Part shown: one piece after another, positions 17,828 to 20,306 of the stretch
How the letters are laid out: every line of letters begins with the position of its first letter
Numbering within the stretch: position 1 is the first letter of the stretch
From: a virus
IMG/VR virus record: IMGVR_UViG_3300045125_000169
Span: 88,840-109,145 of that record
Direction: 5' to 3' (one strand)
DNA: 20,306 nucleotides
Notes under the pieces: generated by a model
What the model saw: the letters and a program-made list of their open reading frames with translations, nothing else
The model's database searches: none
What the model was told of the DNA's origin: nothing
Translations under genes and position numbers: made by a program

Positions 17828-20306
17828 TCAATCCCTCGGCAAAATGATTTGCGCCTCTGTCAAAAGAGCCGTTCCAGCCAACGTATCAAGTGTATTATCC
17901 GATAGTCTTCTGATGATAACAGAAACGTGGCTGACATCTATACCGGAAACAAAACCATAGTCATCTGTGCTGAACGTAAAGACTGCTTTTTGCTCTTGAT
18001 TAAAAATAAGTTTATTTCTGGTGGAAATGCCAGACTTAGAAGTCGTCAGTCCAAACTGGTAACCATTTCTGTAGCGGAACGTGACCGACACATCCCAAAG
18101 CACGTCACCACTAAAAACACTGTTAGTGGACCAGTAAAGATGAATTTCAAAAGCATTGGCGCGATCAATTCTCGACGAGAACTTAATCGGGAGCGTGACC
18201 GGCAGTGCCGTTGCCTGTTTCCTCAAAAGCAAGCACGTTGAGACCAGAGGCAAGAGCCCGACTGACGCCCGTTCCAGGAACCGGAGCTAAGTGAGAGTCG
18301 AGAGAAATTTTAAGAAAGTCCACACCATCTTCGTTATTGGTACGTGGGTGCGGGTAGTTTTCCTGCCATGTCGTTCCTGAGGTGGATGTTTTGGCGGGAA
18401 TCCCACCTAAAAAATAATTTTTTCAACTATGCCGTTCATACCCGTGAAGACGGGAGGCACCGTAGAAAAGAACCAGTTATGATGAACATGAAAACGAGTC
18501 AAGCCGCTGCTCATCACATCCATAGCAATCGTCGAAAAGTGATTGCGGTCGATAAACGCGGCATCCGCATTTTGGAGCATGAGACCCCGTGATCCGGTGA
18601 ATGAACATCCTTGGACGCGCAAGGTCTCTGAGCCGCTCACTGCCGAGACGCCATAAAAACCTGTCGATTGGACGTTGAATTTGCAATCCTTGATTTCACA
18701 ACGCTGCTGATTCGCTCCGACTGTCACAAGGTTGGTATTAAGACCTGTAAAGGAAAGACCAACGATCGAAGAGCGCGTTTTCAAATTGAAAGCGGGAATC
18801 CCTGACGTTACAAACTCAGGAACGGTAGAGCCAAAATCCGCAGATTTCACCACCACACCTTCGGGGATATCGACCGTGGCCGTAAAAATAAAAGTGGACC
18901 CCGCAAGAACCAGCACTTCTTTGGTGTAGGGGTCACTAAACGCTTGGATAAAAGGCTCTTGGTCGTTGCCAACGAAGTCGGCAAACGAGTTCGCCCCTCT
19001 ACCGTGCGAGTGCGTCCTATGTAGGCTTGTTGGTAGCGACCTGGACGGTTGGAAAGCCAACGGGTCGCTGTTCCCGAATCGAGAAAAGGCGAATCAGCAG
19101 TATGAGTGCAGTTGGTGAAGAGGTTGCTGAGGGCTTGAGCCTCGACACTCACCGCACCTTTATAAAAAGTACAGTTGTTGGTAATCGTGAAGTCCGCGTC
19201 CTCTTGCAGCTTCAGGGCCGTGGAAAGGTTAGAGCTAAGGTTGAACTGACAATCCTCGACGCGGGTACGCTCGGCGTTGACCACCAAGCCTTCGACGAGG
19301 ACACCCTCAAAGATGCATCTGCGAATCACCACAGTCAGGAGCTTCTATAGAAATTCCTTTGAGTCCATGCGCGAGGGTTGAGCCTGCTGCGGAGCGAAAC
19401 GTACATTCTTCAATCAGGGTGTTTTCACGACTGATCTTAATCCCCGAGGTGCCATCGCTTTTTTAGCTCGAAAATCAGACCTCGAATAGTCGCCTGACTT
19501 GTGCCAGGGCCAATAAGTTGCAAGCCTGGAGCGAAGCACTCAAACCGCAAGACCGTGTTGCGCAGCGCCATACATTCAAGGAGAAGGGCGTTGTTTTCCA
19601 CCTGACGATAGGGTTGTGGGGCTTCGACGATACTATCGGAGGATCGGGTCAAACTGCACCGTGACAGGCACGGTCCCCGCGCTATCCCAGACCACGGGCG
19701 TGTAGTCACCGGAGAAATTGAGCCGATAAAGCCCGAGGCAAAATTTCAACCGCACGACTTCAGCAGTCGCGACATAAGCAAGAGCCGCAATCAGGTTTTC
19801 CACATCCTCTTTTTGAAACGTCGCAACCGTCCCTTCAGGGCCGTAAGTAACATAAGGATTTTTTAAGGTGTTGGAGTCTTGGGTCTTGCGAGGTCACAAA
19901 CCGATTGACCAACGTTGGCTCATAGGCCGTACCAACCATGGCATTTTTTTGATTTTGTGTTGGTAAAAGCAGACGTTCCGCGTCTTCAATAATCCGACCA
20001 GAACCCAAAGAGGTGATGTTATCTATGATTGCAAAATTCGATGAGTATGAATTTCATTGGAGAACAGTGGTCTTTTCATCGCTGCTTATATGTTGAAAGG
20101 CAGGGTCGTCATTATAATTTGTGAGAGACGTGGCAGTAAGGTGCCGAGTCGTAAAATTCTTCCCAAAGGAGGTCTTCGGTCCAGCGATAGATACGTCCTT
20201 CATTCAGAACGCTTCGCATGTCCCCATGAAGCGGCGCACGAAAACGCGAAAGCGTTTCACGATAAATGCGAAAACATAAACACCCAAACTGAAACCGAAC
20301 GAAGTA
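17828..20306 (-). CDS. Tail fibre/spike protein with two right-handed beta-helix regions and a C-terminal beta-sandwich (>820 aa, starts beyond the right edge; many apparent frameshifts)
   Basis: Joined reading: HGDMRSVLNEGRIYRW...HTH.NFAIIDNI...LPTQNQKNAMVGTAYEPTLVNRFVTSQDPRL...NPYVTYGPEG, then beta-helix repeats (IEECTF, IRRCIF, VEDCQF, TNNCTF), then ADFVGNDQEPF and a second helix (IKDCKF, VQGCSF, IDRNHF, VHHNWF), then EIHLYW...GDVLW...RRLSDNTLDTLAG. Covers ORFs 19437-19709, 18847-19332, 18407-19060 and 17828-18253. Confidence 0.68.

Larger units (their letters stand above)
1..20306 (-). mobile_element. Segment of a large tailed phage genome (or prophage/tailocin-like locus): tail fibre and receptor-binding gene cluster
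   Basis: All credible genes are on the minus strand with gaps of 3-24 nt. There are three tail-collar proteins, several very large T/S/G-rich fibre proteins with beta-helix motifs and a DUF3751-like protein. No cellular housekeeping genes and no element boundaries are visible. Confidence 0.8.

Noticed and set aside
184-19350. Plus-strand ORFs and short alternative-frame minus-strand ORFs in the track
   Set aside because: They are shadows of the long minus-strand genes, with no recognisable motifs. Several are just the out-of-frame tails produced by indels.
1-20306. Programmed ribosomal frameshifting or wholesale pseudogenisation
   Set aside because: The shifts are too numerous, go in both directions, and fall within conserved motifs at homopolymers. 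Sequencing error is the simpler explanation.

Overview
The whole window is a tightly packed, minus-strand operon that looks like the tail-fibre/receptor-binding region of a large tailed phage or a phage-derived particle. The ORF track is badly fragmented by roughly 25-30 small indels, mostly in homopolymers and typical of unpolished long reads. Rejoined by hand it gives about 12 genes. In transcription order (right to left): (1) a beta-helix fibre running off the right edge; (2) a small acidic protein; (3) a ~940 aa modular fibre; (4) its ~1960 aa paralogue, with a propeller-like W-rich head; (5) a 671 aa fibre that may be the continuation of gene 4 through one in-frame TGA; (6) an AAA+ ATPase; (7) a 68 aa protein; (8-10) three tandem stand-alone tail-collar proteins, each with a seven-site His-x-His needle and a different tip; (11) a DUF3751-like small baseplate/fibre protein; (12) a >930 aa fibre-like protein with nested domain insertions running off the left edge. 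I saw no RNA genes, CRISPR array, recombinase or reverse transcriptase. All family assignments come from motif recognition by eye, not from database searches.
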